Shown: positions 15,607 through 24,767, counted from the stretch's first letter. The stretch: 36,563 nt of DNA from Candidatus Woesearchaeota archaeon (GCA_964632115.1 CAZWEB010000001.1:1-36563); one strand, 5' to 3'. Translations and numbers: made by a program. The notes: a model not told the origin generated them from the letters alone.

Positions 15607-17286
15607 TCAATAACTCTTTGCAATATAAACAACATGCTCTGCTTTTTTTCCGCAATAAACGCATTTTCCTTTTGCTTTGTCTTTTGTTATGCAGATTACC
15701 TTTGCTCCTTGTGTTTTGTCTTTAATCCCGTCCTCGCATTTTTCACTATTGCACCATTCTGCTTTAACAAGTTTTTTGTTTTTCACAGCTTCAAGCAATT
15801 CAGGCATATTATTAATAAAAACTGTATTTTCTTTCAAATAATTCTCAGCTTTTTTATAAAGTGAATTGTGAATATCTTCAAGAACTTGGCAAGCCTTTTT
15901 TTCAATTTCAGATATTTTAATATTTTCTTTATTACCTGTATCTCTTCTGACAAAAACAACACTCTTGTTTTTCAAGTCTCTAGGACCTATTTCAACTCTC
16001 AAAGGAACTCCTTTCATCTCCCAGTCATTAAACTTAAATCCAGGACTAGAATCTCTATTGTCAAGTTCAACTCTAAACCCCGATAACTCGCATTTTATTT
16101 TTTCACATTCACTGATTACCACTTTTTTCTCTTTTTCATTATTTGCTATTGGAATTATTACTATTTGAGTGTCAGAAGCATTTGGAGAGAGCACAAGCCC
16201 CTTGTCATCAGAATGCATCATTATTGCAATTCCAATGCTTCTTGTGGATATGCCCCATGAATTTTGAAAAGCGAATTTTTCTTTTTCATCTTTGTCTTTA
16301 AACTTAATATCAAATGCTTTTGCAAAATTCTGCCCTAAATGGTGAGAAGTTGCTCCTTGAGCAGATTTTCCAGATGGCAAAAACACCTCTGTTGTTAATG
16401 TATAATCTGCACCTGCAAATTTTTCTTTTTCAGATTTCATTCCTTTAATTACAGGAATTGCATAAACATCCTTATAAATATCAGCATAAAAATCAAGAAT
16501 CTTAGAAGCTTCTTTATCTGCTTCTTCTTTTGTTGCAAAAACAGAGTGCCCTTCTTGCCATAAAAATTCCCTACTTCTGATAAATGGAACAGGATGCTTA
16601 AATTCCCACCTAACAACATTATTCCATTGATTCAAACGCAACGGAAGATCGCGCCAGCTTCTAATCCATTTTGAATAAGCAGTATACATTGCAGTCTCAC
16701 TAGTCGGGCGAATAGCTAATTTTTCAGCTAATTTTGTATCTCCTGTATGAGTCACCCATGCAACTTCAGGCGAGAATCCCTTGACATGCTGTTTTTCTTT
16801 CATAAGCAAAGACTCTGGAATTAGCAAAGGAAAATAACAATTTTTTACACCATCTTTCTTAATCTTAGAGTCAAAATATTTTTGAACTTGTTCCCAAATA
16901 GCATAAGCCCTTGGGCGTATAATATAACATCCAGAAACATTTGAATAATCAATTAATTCTGCTTTTTGAAGTATCTGAACATACCATTCAGACAGCTCGT
17001 CTTTGTCAGCTGTAATTCCAAGCTCGTTTTTCTCAAGTTTAAGTTCATTTTTTTCTTTGGATTTTTTTTCAGTTTTGTCCTTAGTTTTATCCTCAATTTT
17101 AGTTTCTTTTTCTGTTTTTCCTGCAAGTTTTTTATCTGCATTCTGTTCTAATTCAGCAAGTTCTTTCTTTCCAATATTCACACCAAGATAAACCCGCTCT
17201 TTTTCTATTTTCTCGCCTTTTCTAACTGACCTAGATCGATAGTAATATTTTTTTTCTCCCCTTTCCTTTATTTCAGTAAATGTCAT
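15607..17286 (-). CDS. proS: prolyl-tRNA synthetase (archaeal/eukaryotic type) with a roughly 95-aa N-terminal extension
   Basis: The conserved core starts near ELSEWYVQILQKAELIDY...IIRPRAYAIWE. The C-terminal Zn-binding tail CVYCGKKAEHVVYIAKSY is present. No in-frame ATG lies between residue 1 and the start of the core. Confidence 0.95.
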   Translation of the reverse strand: MTFTEIKERGEKKYYYRSRSVRKGEKIEKERVYLGVNIGKKELAELEQNADKKLAGKTEKETKIEDKTKDKTEKKSKEKNELKLEKNELGITADKDELSEWYVQILQKAELIDYSNVSGCYIIRPRAYAIWEQVQKYFDSKIKKDGVKNCYFPLLIPESLLMKEKQHVKGFSPEVAWVTHTGDTKLAEKLAIRPTSETAMYTAYSKWIRSWRDLPLRLNQWNNVVRWEFKHPVPFIRSREFLWQEGHSVFATKEEADKEASKILDFYADIYKDVYAIPVIKGMKSEKEKFAGADYTLTTEVFLPSGKSAQGATSHHLGQNFAKAFDIKFKDKDEKEKFAFQNSWGISTRSIGIAIMMHSDDKGLVLSPNASDTQIVIIPIANNEKEKKVVISECEKIKCELSGFRVELDNRDSSPGFKFNDWEMKGVPLRVEIGPRDLKNKSVVFVRRDTGNKENIKISEIEKKACQVLEDIHNSLYKKAENYLKENTVFINNMPELLEAVKNKKLVKAEWCNSEKCEDGIKDKTQGAKVICITKDKAKGKCVYCGKKAEHVVYIAKSY

Positions 17287-17306
17287 AAATTTAGGTGTCT
17301 ACATTA

Positions 17307-17314
17307 TTTATAAA
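17307..17314 (-). promoter_or_regulatory. TATA box for proS (leaderless)
   Basis: TTTATAAA ends 21 nt upstream of ATG 17286. Confidence 0.55.
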
Positions 17315-17436
17315 TCTTTCCATCTCAATAAATTGTAGCCCCACATATAACCCCCCAGGTTATTATACGTCTACACACAAAATAATTTCTTCAAAGATGT
17401 AGACGTACAAACAAAAAAGTTCTCAGATTTAACTTT

Positions 17437-17859
17437 TTATATCTCTTTTGGAATTTCTCTTGAAACACATTCACTCAAATCACTAAATAAATGTCTATGT
17501 TCTCTAAACCAAGAAGGATCTGGTTTGCCAAATCTTATAAGATGATACACTTTTAAGGCTTGTAGCAAGATAGGTGCACCATCTCCAAGAGTAGTATCCT
17601 CATGATCATTCTGAATCCCTACATATAATCCTCCACAAAAACCAATTGCAAAATAAGCCTTTGTTGCTTCCCACATTTCTTCAGGAGAAATAATTGGAAG
17701 TCCAGACCATCTTGAAGAACTATTTGCAGTTACTTTAACAGTCTCAAAAACTCCTTGATTAAATCTTTCTGAGTTCCTATCTGTTAATTCTCCTAATCTT
17801 TTATAAGCTTGGCGCAATGACAATCCATCATATAATACTTTTCTTGGCATGATAAACAA
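17437..17859 (-). CDS. hypothetical protein
   Basis: 140-aa ORF. No family recognised. Confidence 0.55.
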   Translation of the reverse strand: MFIMPRKVLYDGLSLRQAYKRLGELTDRNSERFNQGVFETVKVTANSSSRWSGLPIISPEEMWEATKAYFAIGFCGGLYVGIQNDHEDTTLGDGAPILLQALKVYHLIRFGKPDPSWFREHRHLFSDLSECVSREIPKEI

Positions 17860-17956
17860 GAAGATGCATTATTTTTAAAGATTGTTGTACTAAATTGAAT
17901 ACTAAAAAGCAAGATTCAAATCCAATTATTGCATTTTTAAAATGCAACAATATAAA

Positions 17957-18051
17957 TGGGCCTAGAAGGATTTGAACCCTCATCTTTCGGTTTCTTTGCA
18001 AGTTACCTCGCACCGAAGCCGAAAACTCTATCCAGGTTGAGCTATAGGCCC
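17957..18051 (-). tRNA. tRNA-Arg (anticodon UCG) with a 21-nt canonical intron
   Basis: Acceptor GGGCCTA/TAGGCCC, D arm GCTC-AACCTGGATA-GAGT, anticodon stem TTCGG/CCGAA, loop CTTCGG|intron|A, T arm GAGGG-TTCAAAT-CCTTC. Confidence 0.85.
17992..18012 (-). other. tRNA-Arg intron (37/38)
   Basis: The intron is UGCGAGGUAACUUGCAAAGAA. The inner helix is GCGAG/CUUGC. The central helix CUUC/AAAG has only 3 pairs, so this is a relaxed BHB. Confidence 0.7.
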
Positions 18052-18106
18052 ATATATAAAATAAAAGAATCAATTATTTAAAAACCTACTTAAAATCAAT
18101 CTAAAA

Positions 18107-18286
18107 TTAATCTTCACAGGAATCCGCAACTTCTTCTAAATCTGCCTCTGCCCGCTCAAGTGAAATTGCAGCATCTTTTAATCTGTCTTCTGTTTTCTTG
18201 CCCTTGGCAGACTTACCTTGTTTTATAACCAAGTCTTCTGCAAGTTTCACATGCTCTTCTGCAACTTCAATATCTTCTTTGCTCAT
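18107..18286 (-). CDS. small acidic coiled-coil-like hypothetical protein (59 aa)
   Basis: My translation: MSKEDIEVAEEHVKLAEDLVIKQGKSAKGKKTEDRLKDAAISLERAEADLEEVADSCED. It falls just below the ORF-track cutoff. Confidence 0.4.
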   Translation of the reverse strand: MSKEDIEVAEEHVKLAEDLVIKQGKSAKGKKTEDRLKDAAISLERAEADLEEVADSCED

Positions 18287-18579
18287 AATATCAAATAAAT
18301 TCAGGCATATATAAATCTTTCATAATTGTAAAGTAAACTTGCTAACATAACAATAATTATCATTACTAAGTTAAATTAATAATCCACAACAACCAAAAAA
18401 CTAATAAGATAGAATTTCAAAGATTTACTAACCTATTCAAAATTAATTGTTTTCTTTTTTGCATTATGGGCAAATATAATGAACAAATGTTAAATTCAAG
18501 GATTTAAGCAATTTTCAAAAACTTTCAACAAGAACATATTTAAAACCATTTTCCATAATTTTCTTATAAAAGAGGAAAC

Positions 18580-19692
18580 ATGAAATCAAAACTTTTTCCA
18601 GCAGTGGCTGTTCTTGTAGGAACAACAATTGGTGCAGGTTTTCTTGGACTCCCTTATGTTTTTGCAAAATCAGGATTTTTAATTGGCCTGGCTTATCTGA
18701 TTATTATAACTTTTTTTATTCTCCTAATTAAGCTTTATACAGGAGAGATAATTCTGAGAACAAATGGAAATCACCAACTCGCAGGATATGCAAAAAAATA
18801 TCTTGGCAGAACAGGAGGGATTCTGATGTTTTTTGCAATGATTTTTGGAATTTACTCAGCTTTAGTTGCATATTTAATTGGAGAGGGAAAAAGCCTTAGC
18901 TATGTTTTTTTAGGGGATATTAAATATTATTTTTATTTTTCAATTTTATTCTGGATAATTATGTCTGCTCTTGCCTATATTGGACTCAAAGCCCTGAAAA
19001 AATATGAAAAAATCGCAATGATTATAATCTTGTCATTTGTCTGCTTAATCTTTGTATTTTTCGTAAAAAGTATAAATATTGATAATCTCTCTTATATAAA
19101 CTCAGAAAACTTTTTTCTGCCTTTTGGTGTTGTGCTTTTCTCTTATCTTGCATTTTCAGCAATGCCTGAAGTAAGGCGAGTCTTATCCAAACAAGAAAAC
19201 TTAATGAAAAAAACAGTTTTCTTAGGTGTATTAATTCCGTTTTTATTTTATCTTATTTTTGCATTTGTTGTAGTGGGAAATTTTGGTTTGCAGGTTCCTG
19301 AAATAGCAACTCTTGCTCTTGGAAGGTTTTTCTCTCTTCTGGGAGTTTTTACAATGTTCACTGCTTTTTTTACATTAACTCTCAGCATAAGAGATATGTT
19401 TAGATTTGACTTCGGATTAGGAAGATTTAGGGGCTGGCTTCTTGCCGTATTCATCCCTTTGATTTTGTTTTTGATTATTTACTTTTTTAATATTGCGGGT
19501 TTTGTGCAGATTATTTCTATATCGGGAGTAATTTCAGGAGGATTAACAGGAATTTTGATAGTTCTTATGGCAATAAAAGCAAAAAAAATAGGAAAAAGAA
19601 AACCAGAGTACAGCATAAAACTTCCATTAATCCTGGCTATTTTGCTTATCCTGTTTTTTATAGCAGGATTGATTTTTGAATTTGTGCTGTAA
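18580..19692 (+). CDS. amino acid permease (Aa_trans / aromatic amino acid permease-like)
   Basis: 370 aa with about 11 TM segments. The N-terminus AVLVGTTIGAGFLGLPYVFAKSGF is typical of this transporter family. Confidence 0.75.
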   Translation: MKSKLFPAVAVLVGTTIGAGFLGLPYVFAKSGFLIGLAYLIIITFFILLIKLYTGEIILRTNGNHQLAGYAKKYLGRTGGILMFFAMIFGIYSALVAYLIGEGKSLSYVFLGDIKYYFYFSILFWIIMSALAYIGLKALKKYEKIAMIIILSFVCLIFVFFVKSINIDNLSYINSENFFLPFGVVLFSYLAFSAMPEVRRVLSKQENLMKKTVFLGVLIPFLFYLIFAFVVVGNFGLQVPEIATLALGRFFSLLGVFTMFTAFFTLTLSIRDMFRFDFGLGRFRGWLLAVFIPLILFLIIYFFNIAGFVQIISISGVISGGLTGILIVLMAIKAKKIGKRKPEYSIKLPLILAILLILFFIAGLIFEFVL

Positions 19693-19749
19693 AAACTAAA
19701 AAATCACATTTAAAAAGTAAGATTATTTTGAAAGAAAAAATTCAAAGAT

Positions 19750-20040
19750 TTATTTTAAAAGTGTTTCAAGTTCACTTAAAGCTTTAGAAGCATACGTACT
19801 AACAGCTACTAAAGCAGATAAACAGAATATTCCTTGATATCCTAACCAAATTAATTGTCCAGCGGTTCTTGTTACTTGTTTCCCCAGAGGCATTTTACTC
19901 GCAGTATCATAAAAAAGAGATTCTTTTTTGCCAAAATTAAAAGCCGCTCTTACTGCACCATAAACGGGAATCCAATATTTTAAAGCAAACTCAGATTTAC
20001 ATGGTATATTTTTTCCACTACATTCTGATTCCTTTTCCAT
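19750..20040 (-). CDS. hypothetical protein, possible membrane protein
   Basis: 96-aa ORF with a hydrophobic C-terminal half. Confidence 0.45.
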   Translation of the reverse strand: MEKESECSGKNIPCKSEFALKYWIPVYGAVRAAFNFGKKESLFYDTASKMPLGKQVTRTAGQLIWLGYQGIFCLSALVAVSTYASKALSELETLLK

Positions 20041-20191
20041 TTATGCTTAGTATAAAAATTCTTTATAAACTTTTCTATTTAATACCCCTTTTAAATAAAT
20101 ACAATTTCAGCAATCATGCACAATCTAAGAAATAAAAAATAATAAAAAAATAGAAATAAAAAACTAACTGATTTTAAAGATTAATTAAAAA

Positions 20192-20524
20192 TTAATCTTC
20201 TTCGACTTCTTCGTCTTCTGAATCTTCTTTTGATTCTTCAGATTCTTCTTCAGATGTTTCTTCAGTTTCTTCAGTTTCCTTTTCTGAGCTTTCTTCTCTT
20301 CTTGGTGGTAGTCCTTTGCTTTTTCTAAAGCAGTCTCCACACAAAACCTTCGAACCTTCTCTTGGTTTGAAAGGAACTGAGTCTTCTTTCCCGCATTCTG
20401 CGCAGGTTATCTTTGTCTTCTCTCCTGAAAACTTTCTGAAACCTCCGTCGCGTCTAGGTCCTCCAAAACTACGTCTTGGTCCCCTTGAATCGCGTCTAGG
20501 TCCTCCAAATTCTCTATAGGCCAT
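20192..20524 (-). CDS. CxxC-x17-CxxC zinc-ribbon protein with GPRR repeats and an acidic tail
   Basis: CAEC-(17 aa)-CGDC with VPFKP...VLCGDCF, three GPRR repeats at the N-terminus and an E/S/D-rich C-terminus. AGGAGG (revcomp of 20537-20542) lies upstream. Confidence 0.75.
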   Translation of the reverse strand: MAYREFGGPRRDSRGPRRSFGGPRRDGGFRKFSGEKTKITCAECGKEDSVPFKPREGSKVLCGDCFRKSKGLPPRREESSEKETEETEETSEEESEESKEDSEDEEVEED

Positions 20525-20634
20525 TTTATATTTTATCCTCCTAGTATATTTACTAAAGAATTCGTTTATCTCAAGAGTTTCTCTTGAATTCTAACTCCTT
20601 CTCTTATTTCAAGAATTTTTAAGGGTTTATAAAC

Positions 20635-22002
20635 CTATTTATTCAGCTGCTCTTTTAAAATCTCAGAACTCAGCTTAAAATCAGCTCTTCTGTCGCTTTC
20701 TTTCATAACCTCTCCAATTAAGAAATTCAAGGCATTAGACTCGCCTTTTTTATAATCTTCAACAGCCCCTGCATTTTTCTTAACAACTTTCTCAATTATC
20801 TCTTCAAGCTGTTTTTTATCTGTAATTCTCTCTGATTTCTTTGCTTCTTTTGCAGGCGAGAACGACCTAGGAACAAAATCATTTAAAATTCTCTTGGCTT
20901 TTAATTCAGTAATTTTGCCTTTTTTCACAAGCTCAAGAAGTTCAGTAAAATCCTCAACTTTAATATCAATATCTTTGTCATCTAATTTCTTTTTATTGTA
21001 ATTTAAAACCCGCAATAATTCAATTGTAACCCAGTCCAAGGCAAAATCAGCAGGTATTTTTTCAGCAACTTTTTCAAAAAACTCAACAATCTCTATGTTC
21101 CCGGCAAGTATCTCAGCTGATTTTTCATTTATCTTAAATTTTTTAATTAATTTTTCAAGTTTCTCAACAGGACTTTCTGGGATTTTCTTTTTCAGTTCAG
21201 AAATTTCTTTTTCAGAAATATTAATAACAGGCAAATCAGGTTCTGGAATAAACCTATAATCAGCAGAAGATTCTTTTTCACGCATTTTCACAGTCATTTG
21301 CTTGTCATCTAACCATGCTCTTGTTTCTCTTTTAATAGGCTTTTCTTTTTTTTGCCTTTCAGCCTCATATTTAATTACATTGGCAATTGAGGAAATTGAA
21401 TTTACATTTTTCACCTCTATTCTTTCACCATGAAGAGATACATTAACATCTGTTTTGATTCCAGCATCTTTATCAAGTGCTTTTATATAGCTCAGCGAGA
21501 GCAATAATTGTTTTAACCATAAACTAACTTGTTCTGAATTTTTAAAATCAGGTTCTGTAACTATCTCAACCAAAGGCATTCCACTTCTGTTATAATCAAT
21601 ACACCCAGTTACAGGATCCCATTTTGCAGGGTCTTCTTCCAGATGAACTTCCCTTATTCTAACTCCAAGAAACTCGCCTTTCTCACCAACAGGAATACTA
21701 TAACTTCCTGAAATTGTTGTCTGATAACCTTTAGGCAAATCAGGCCAGTCATAATGTTTTCTCTGCCATAAAAATTGCTTATTAATTTTGCAATTCATAA
21801 CCAGAGCAATCTGCAGTATTTTTTTAATTGCCTCAGAGTTAGGAAGCATTGGTTTGCTTCCAGGCATTCCAGTGCACACAGGACAAATATTCATATTCGG
21901 CTTTGTTTTTTTCAAGCCATGCTCTGCTTTGCATCCACAAAACAATTTTTCCTTAGTCAGCAAATACCCATGAACTTCCAAGCCAATCCTCAGTTTTTTC
22001 AT
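20635..22002 (-). CDS. gatB: Asp-tRNA(Asn)/Glu-tRNA(Gln) amidotransferase subunit B
   Basis: IGLEVHGYL...KLFCGC, ICPVCTGMPGSKP, RKHYDWPDLPKGYQ, HLEEDPAK and NRSGMPLVEIVTEPD, plus a YqeY-like tail. Confidence 0.9.
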   Translation of the reverse strand: MKKLRIGLEVHGYLLTKEKLFCGCKAEHGLKKTKPNMNICPVCTGMPGSKPMLPNSEAIKKILQIALVMNCKINKQFLWQRKHYDWPDLPKGYQTTISGSYSIPVGEKGEFLGVRIREVHLEEDPAKWDPVTGCIDYNRSGMPLVEIVTEPDFKNSEQVSLWLKQLLLSLSYIKALDKDAGIKTDVNVSLHGERIEVKNVNSISSIANVIKYEAERQKKEKPIKRETRAWLDDKQMTVKMREKESSADYRFIPEPDLPVINISEKEISELKKKIPESPVEKLEKLIKKFKINEKSAEILAGNIEIVEFFEKVAEKIPADFALDWVTIELLRVLNYNKKKLDDKDIDIKVEDFTELLELVKKGKITELKAKRILNDFVPRSFSPAKEAKKSERITDKKQLEEIIEKVVKKNAGAVEDYKKGESNALNFLIGEVMKESDRRADFKLSSEILKEQLNK

Positions 22003-22040
22003 AAAAGATAAAAGAAGAGGGTGTTTTTAATTCTTACTAT

Positions 22041-22409
22041 CTAATCTCCAAATTCATTAAGTAATCTAATTAAATCTTCTCTAAATTTAGGATTTCTCTT
22101 AACATTCATTTCCTCTCCTGACCTTTCTTCTAAAAAATAATATTCTGAAGGAACTGCAAAACCCTCAAATATATCTCCAAGAACCCCTATTTCCAAAAGA
22201 TCTTGCAATGACTCTTGAATTTCCAATAATGAACCTCCAGCAAAAATATATTCATTTGCCAAATCTACATTTATAGTATCTCCGTGCCCAGCAATTCTAA
22301 ACATATCTAAATCAGATCTTGCTGCCTGATGTAAAATTTCTCTGGCTCTCGGATTATCTTTTAAATAAGATTTAATTCTTCCATCAAAAATTCTTTGCCC
22401 AGACATCAA
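22041..22409 (-). CDS. hypothetical acidic protein
   Basis: 122-aa ORF directly upstream of gatB on the same strand and divergent from gatD. Confidence 0.6.
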   Translation of the reverse strand: MMSGQRIFDGRIKSYLKDNPRAREILHQAARSDLDMFRIAGHGDTINVDLANEYIFAGGSLLEIQESLQDLLEIGVLGDIFEGFAVPSEYYFLEERSGEEMNVKRNPKFREDLIRLLNEFGD

Positions 22410-22437
22410 ATAATCAAAAAACCTCTATTTAAAAAAC

Positions 22438-22445
22438 TTTTTATA
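22438..22445 (+). promoter_or_regulatory. TATA box for gatD (leaderless)
   Basis: TTTTTATA ends 22 nt before ATG 22467. Confidence 0.5.
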
Positions 22446-22466
22446 TGCTCTAAACCTCAATAATAC

Positions 22467-23744
22467 ATGAAAAAGCCAAATAAGATTCAGCCAGGTGATT
22501 TTGTCTCTGTAATCACAAAAAAAGGAGAAGAGCAAGGTATTTTGCTTCAAAGCCATGAGCAAGGACTCATATTAATTAAACTCAGCACAGGCTACAATGT
22601 TGGAATAAAAAAATCAGATATAAAAAAAATAAAACTTCTGAAAAAACAAGAAAAAGAAAAACTCCTGCCAGAGATTAAGCACATTGGAAAAAACAGAATT
22701 GACATTATTGTAACAGGAGGAACAATTTCTTCAAGACTTGATTCAAAAACAGGAGGAGTGAAATCTTTAACAAGCCCAGAAGCTCTAATTAATCTCTTCC
22801 CACATCTCGCAGAAATAATAGACCTAAGAAAAATAGAAGTCCCATTTACAAAACTAAGTGAAAACATGCATCCAAAAGACTGGATTAAACTTGCAAAGGT
22901 TGTTGAAAAATCCTTAAATGATAATCAATGCCAAGGAGTTATCATAACTCACGGAACAGATACTCTGCATTATACTTCTGCAGCCCTGTCTTTCATGCTT
23001 GGAAAATTAAACAAACCAGTAGTGCTCACATATTCACAGAGAAGTTCAGACAGAGGTTCAAGTGATGCTAAACTAAATCTTGAATGCTCTGCATATGTTG
23101 CTCTTTCAGATATTGCAGAAGTTGTTCTTGTAGGGCATGCTTCTAGTGAAGATAATTTCTGTTGTGTTCTTCAGGGAACAAAAGTCCGCAAACTTCACAC
23201 ATCAAGAAGAGATGCATTCAAGCCAGTAAACACCCTGCCCATAGCAAAAGTTTTCTCAAAAGGAAATATTGAGATTCTTAGAAAATATCACAAAAAAAAC
23301 ATAATGAAAAAGAAAATCAGAGCAGATACAAATTTCTCAGATAAAGTCGCTTTAGTAAAATACTATCCGGGGCAAAATCCAGATATTTTAAATTATTACA
23401 TAAAAGAAAAATACAAGGGGATTATTATAGAAACAACAGGTTTAGGACATGTTTCAGACAACTGGCTCAGCACAATAAAAAAAGCAATAAAATCAGGAGT
23501 AGTTGTCTGTGCAGCATCTCAGACAATTTTCGGAAGACTAGACCCCTATATTTATTCAACAGGACGCGAGCTTCTTGATGCAGGAGTTATTTTTCTTGAA
23601 GATATGCTTGCTGAAACTGCATACATTAAATTAGGCTGGCTTCTCGGGCATAAAAACAAAGGCATAGAAATTGTAAAAAAACAAATGCTTGAAAATTTTG
23701 CAAATGAGTTTAACACAAAACTTGGAAATGAGTTTTTAGAATAA
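22467..23744 (+). CDS. gatD: Glu-tRNA(Gln) amidotransferase subunit D
   Basis: Asparaginase-like motifs VTGGTISS and ITHGTDTLHYT follow an N-terminal domain typical of GatD. The protein is 425 aa. Confidence 0.9.
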   Translation: MKKPNKIQPGDFVSVITKKGEEQGILLQSHEQGLILIKLSTGYNVGIKKSDIKKIKLLKKQEKEKLLPEIKHIGKNRIDIIVTGGTISSRLDSKTGGVKSLTSPEALINLFPHLAEIIDLRKIEVPFTKLSENMHPKDWIKLAKVVEKSLNDNQCQGVIITHGTDTLHYTSAALSFMLGKLNKPVVLTYSQRSSDRGSSDAKLNLECSAYVALSDIAEVVLVGHASSEDNFCCVLQGTKVRKLHTSRRDAFKPVNTLPIAKVFSKGNIEILRKYHKKNIMKKKIRADTNFSDKVALVKYYPGQNPDILNYYIKEKYKGIIIETTGLGHVSDNWLSTIKKAIKSGVVVCAASQTIFGRLDPYIYSTGRELLDAGVIFLEDMLAETAYIKLGWLLGHKNKGIEIVKKQMLENFANEFNTKLGNEFLE

Positions 23745-23750
23745 AAATAA

Positions 23751-24137
23751 TTATCTCTTCTTAATTAATCCTTTAATCTCATCTAAATCTTTCTGCATAT
23801 CCCTAATCTCGCGTTCTGCTTTTTTATTAACCTGATAATCATACTGCGCCCTGAGCCTGTCTCTTTGAGATTGCCTATTCTGGCTCATAAGAATTATCGG
23901 CGCCTGCACAGCAGCCAAACATGATAATATTAGATTAAGCAAAATAAAAGGATAAGGATCCCATCTATAAACCAGCATCATGACATTAATTGCCATCCAT
24001 ATTGCAATAAATATAAAAAACAGAGAGATAAAAGTCCAACTTCCAGCAAAACCAGTAAGCTTGTCTGCTGCTTTCTGCCCCAATGTCCATTTTTGCCTGA
24101 ATTCAGGATGATTGTTTTTGTTCTTTAAATTTAACAT
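23751..24137 (-). CDS. DUF1003-family membrane protein
   Basis: Two TM helices are followed by WDPYPFILLNLILSCLAAVQAPIILMSQNRQ, which is characteristic of DUF1003. Confidence 0.7.
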   Translation of the reverse strand: MLNLKNKNNHPEFRQKWTLGQKAADKLTGFAGSWTFISLFFIFIAIWMAINVMMLVYRWDPYPFILLNLILSCLAAVQAPIILMSQNRQSQRDRLRAQYDYQVNKKAEREIRDMQKDLDEIKGLIKKR

Positions 24138-24284
24138 TTTTTCCTCTTTTATTAGTTGCTTAAAATTATAGATTTTCTATTTTTATAAAACTTGCTATCA
24201 TCCTAAAATGCCTATTATATTAATATGTAACTATCAAGTGGTTACAATAGAAAGGTTTATAAATGAAAATTGGATATTAAAAAC

Positions 24285-24767
24285 ATGAGAAAAAAACCTA
24301 CAATTGAAACAAAATTTTTAACAAGAGATGGACTGGTTAAAAAGAAACTTAAAGATATTATTTCAGATGTTCTTAAAGATTATACTGATTGTGTTAAATT
24401 TTGGCATGAGAAAAGAAATAAAGGGGTCTCTGATTATCTTTTAAGAGAAGTTTATATTGTTGGAAGCGTGATTTCAGGAGAAGATAATTCTGATTTAGAT
24501 TTACTAATCATAGGGGAAAAACTCGATGGAGAAGATTATAGGTTCTTTAAACAAGTAATGGCTCAATTATATTGGACAAACAGGAAAAAATCTGGTGCAA
24601 TAGACATCTATATAAGACCTCATGATGAATTTCCAGAAAAACCAAGTTTTGAGATAACCTCTCAACTTGAAGAAGAACTTAAAAAATGTAATGATTCTAT
24701 AAAGAGTATTAATTTAAGATACCATTCTTCAGAAGATAGAAGACAAAACCCAAGAACAGAATTATAA
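24285..24767 (+). CDS. minimal nucleotidyltransferase-fold (Pol-beta superfamily) protein
   Basis: The IVGSVISGEDNSDLDLLI (GS...DxD) and AIDIYI motifs are present. I place the start at ATG 24285, not TTG 24270, because TTTATAAA (24256-24263) ends 22 nt upstream. Confidence 0.6.
   Translation: MRKKPTIETKFLTRDGLVKKKLKDIISDVLKDYTDCVKFWHEKRNKGVSDYLLREVYIVGSVISGEDNSDLDLLIIGEKLDGEDYRFFKQVMAQLYWTNRKKSGAIDIYIRPHDEFPEKPSFEITSQLEEELKKCNDSIKSINLRYHSSEDRRQNPRTEL

Noticed and set aside
17877-17956. ATTCAAATCCAATTA and the palindrome TTGCATTTT-T-AAAATGCAA downstream of tRNA-Arg, considered as another copy of the ATTCAAACCAAT repeat or as a terminator
   Set aside because: Only about 12 nt resemble the repeat family, and the rest does not align. 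The palindrome is AT-rich with a 1-nt loop and could arise by chance, so it is noted but not called.
17828-18073. 81-aa minus-strand ORF from the ORF track
   Set aside because: It overlaps the whole tRNA-Arg(UCG) gene (17957-18051) and has low-complexity hydrophobic content. It is almost certainly spurious.
22019-22030. GGGTGTTTTTAA motif, also seen as TAGGGTGTTT at 1960 and 13583 and as TAGGTGTTTT near 36477, considered as a separate regulatory motif
   Set aside because: At gatB it is simply the reverse complement of the -22 TATA region (TTAAAAACACCC). The other copies are already covered by the intergenic repeat family, and there is not enough evidence for an independent motif.
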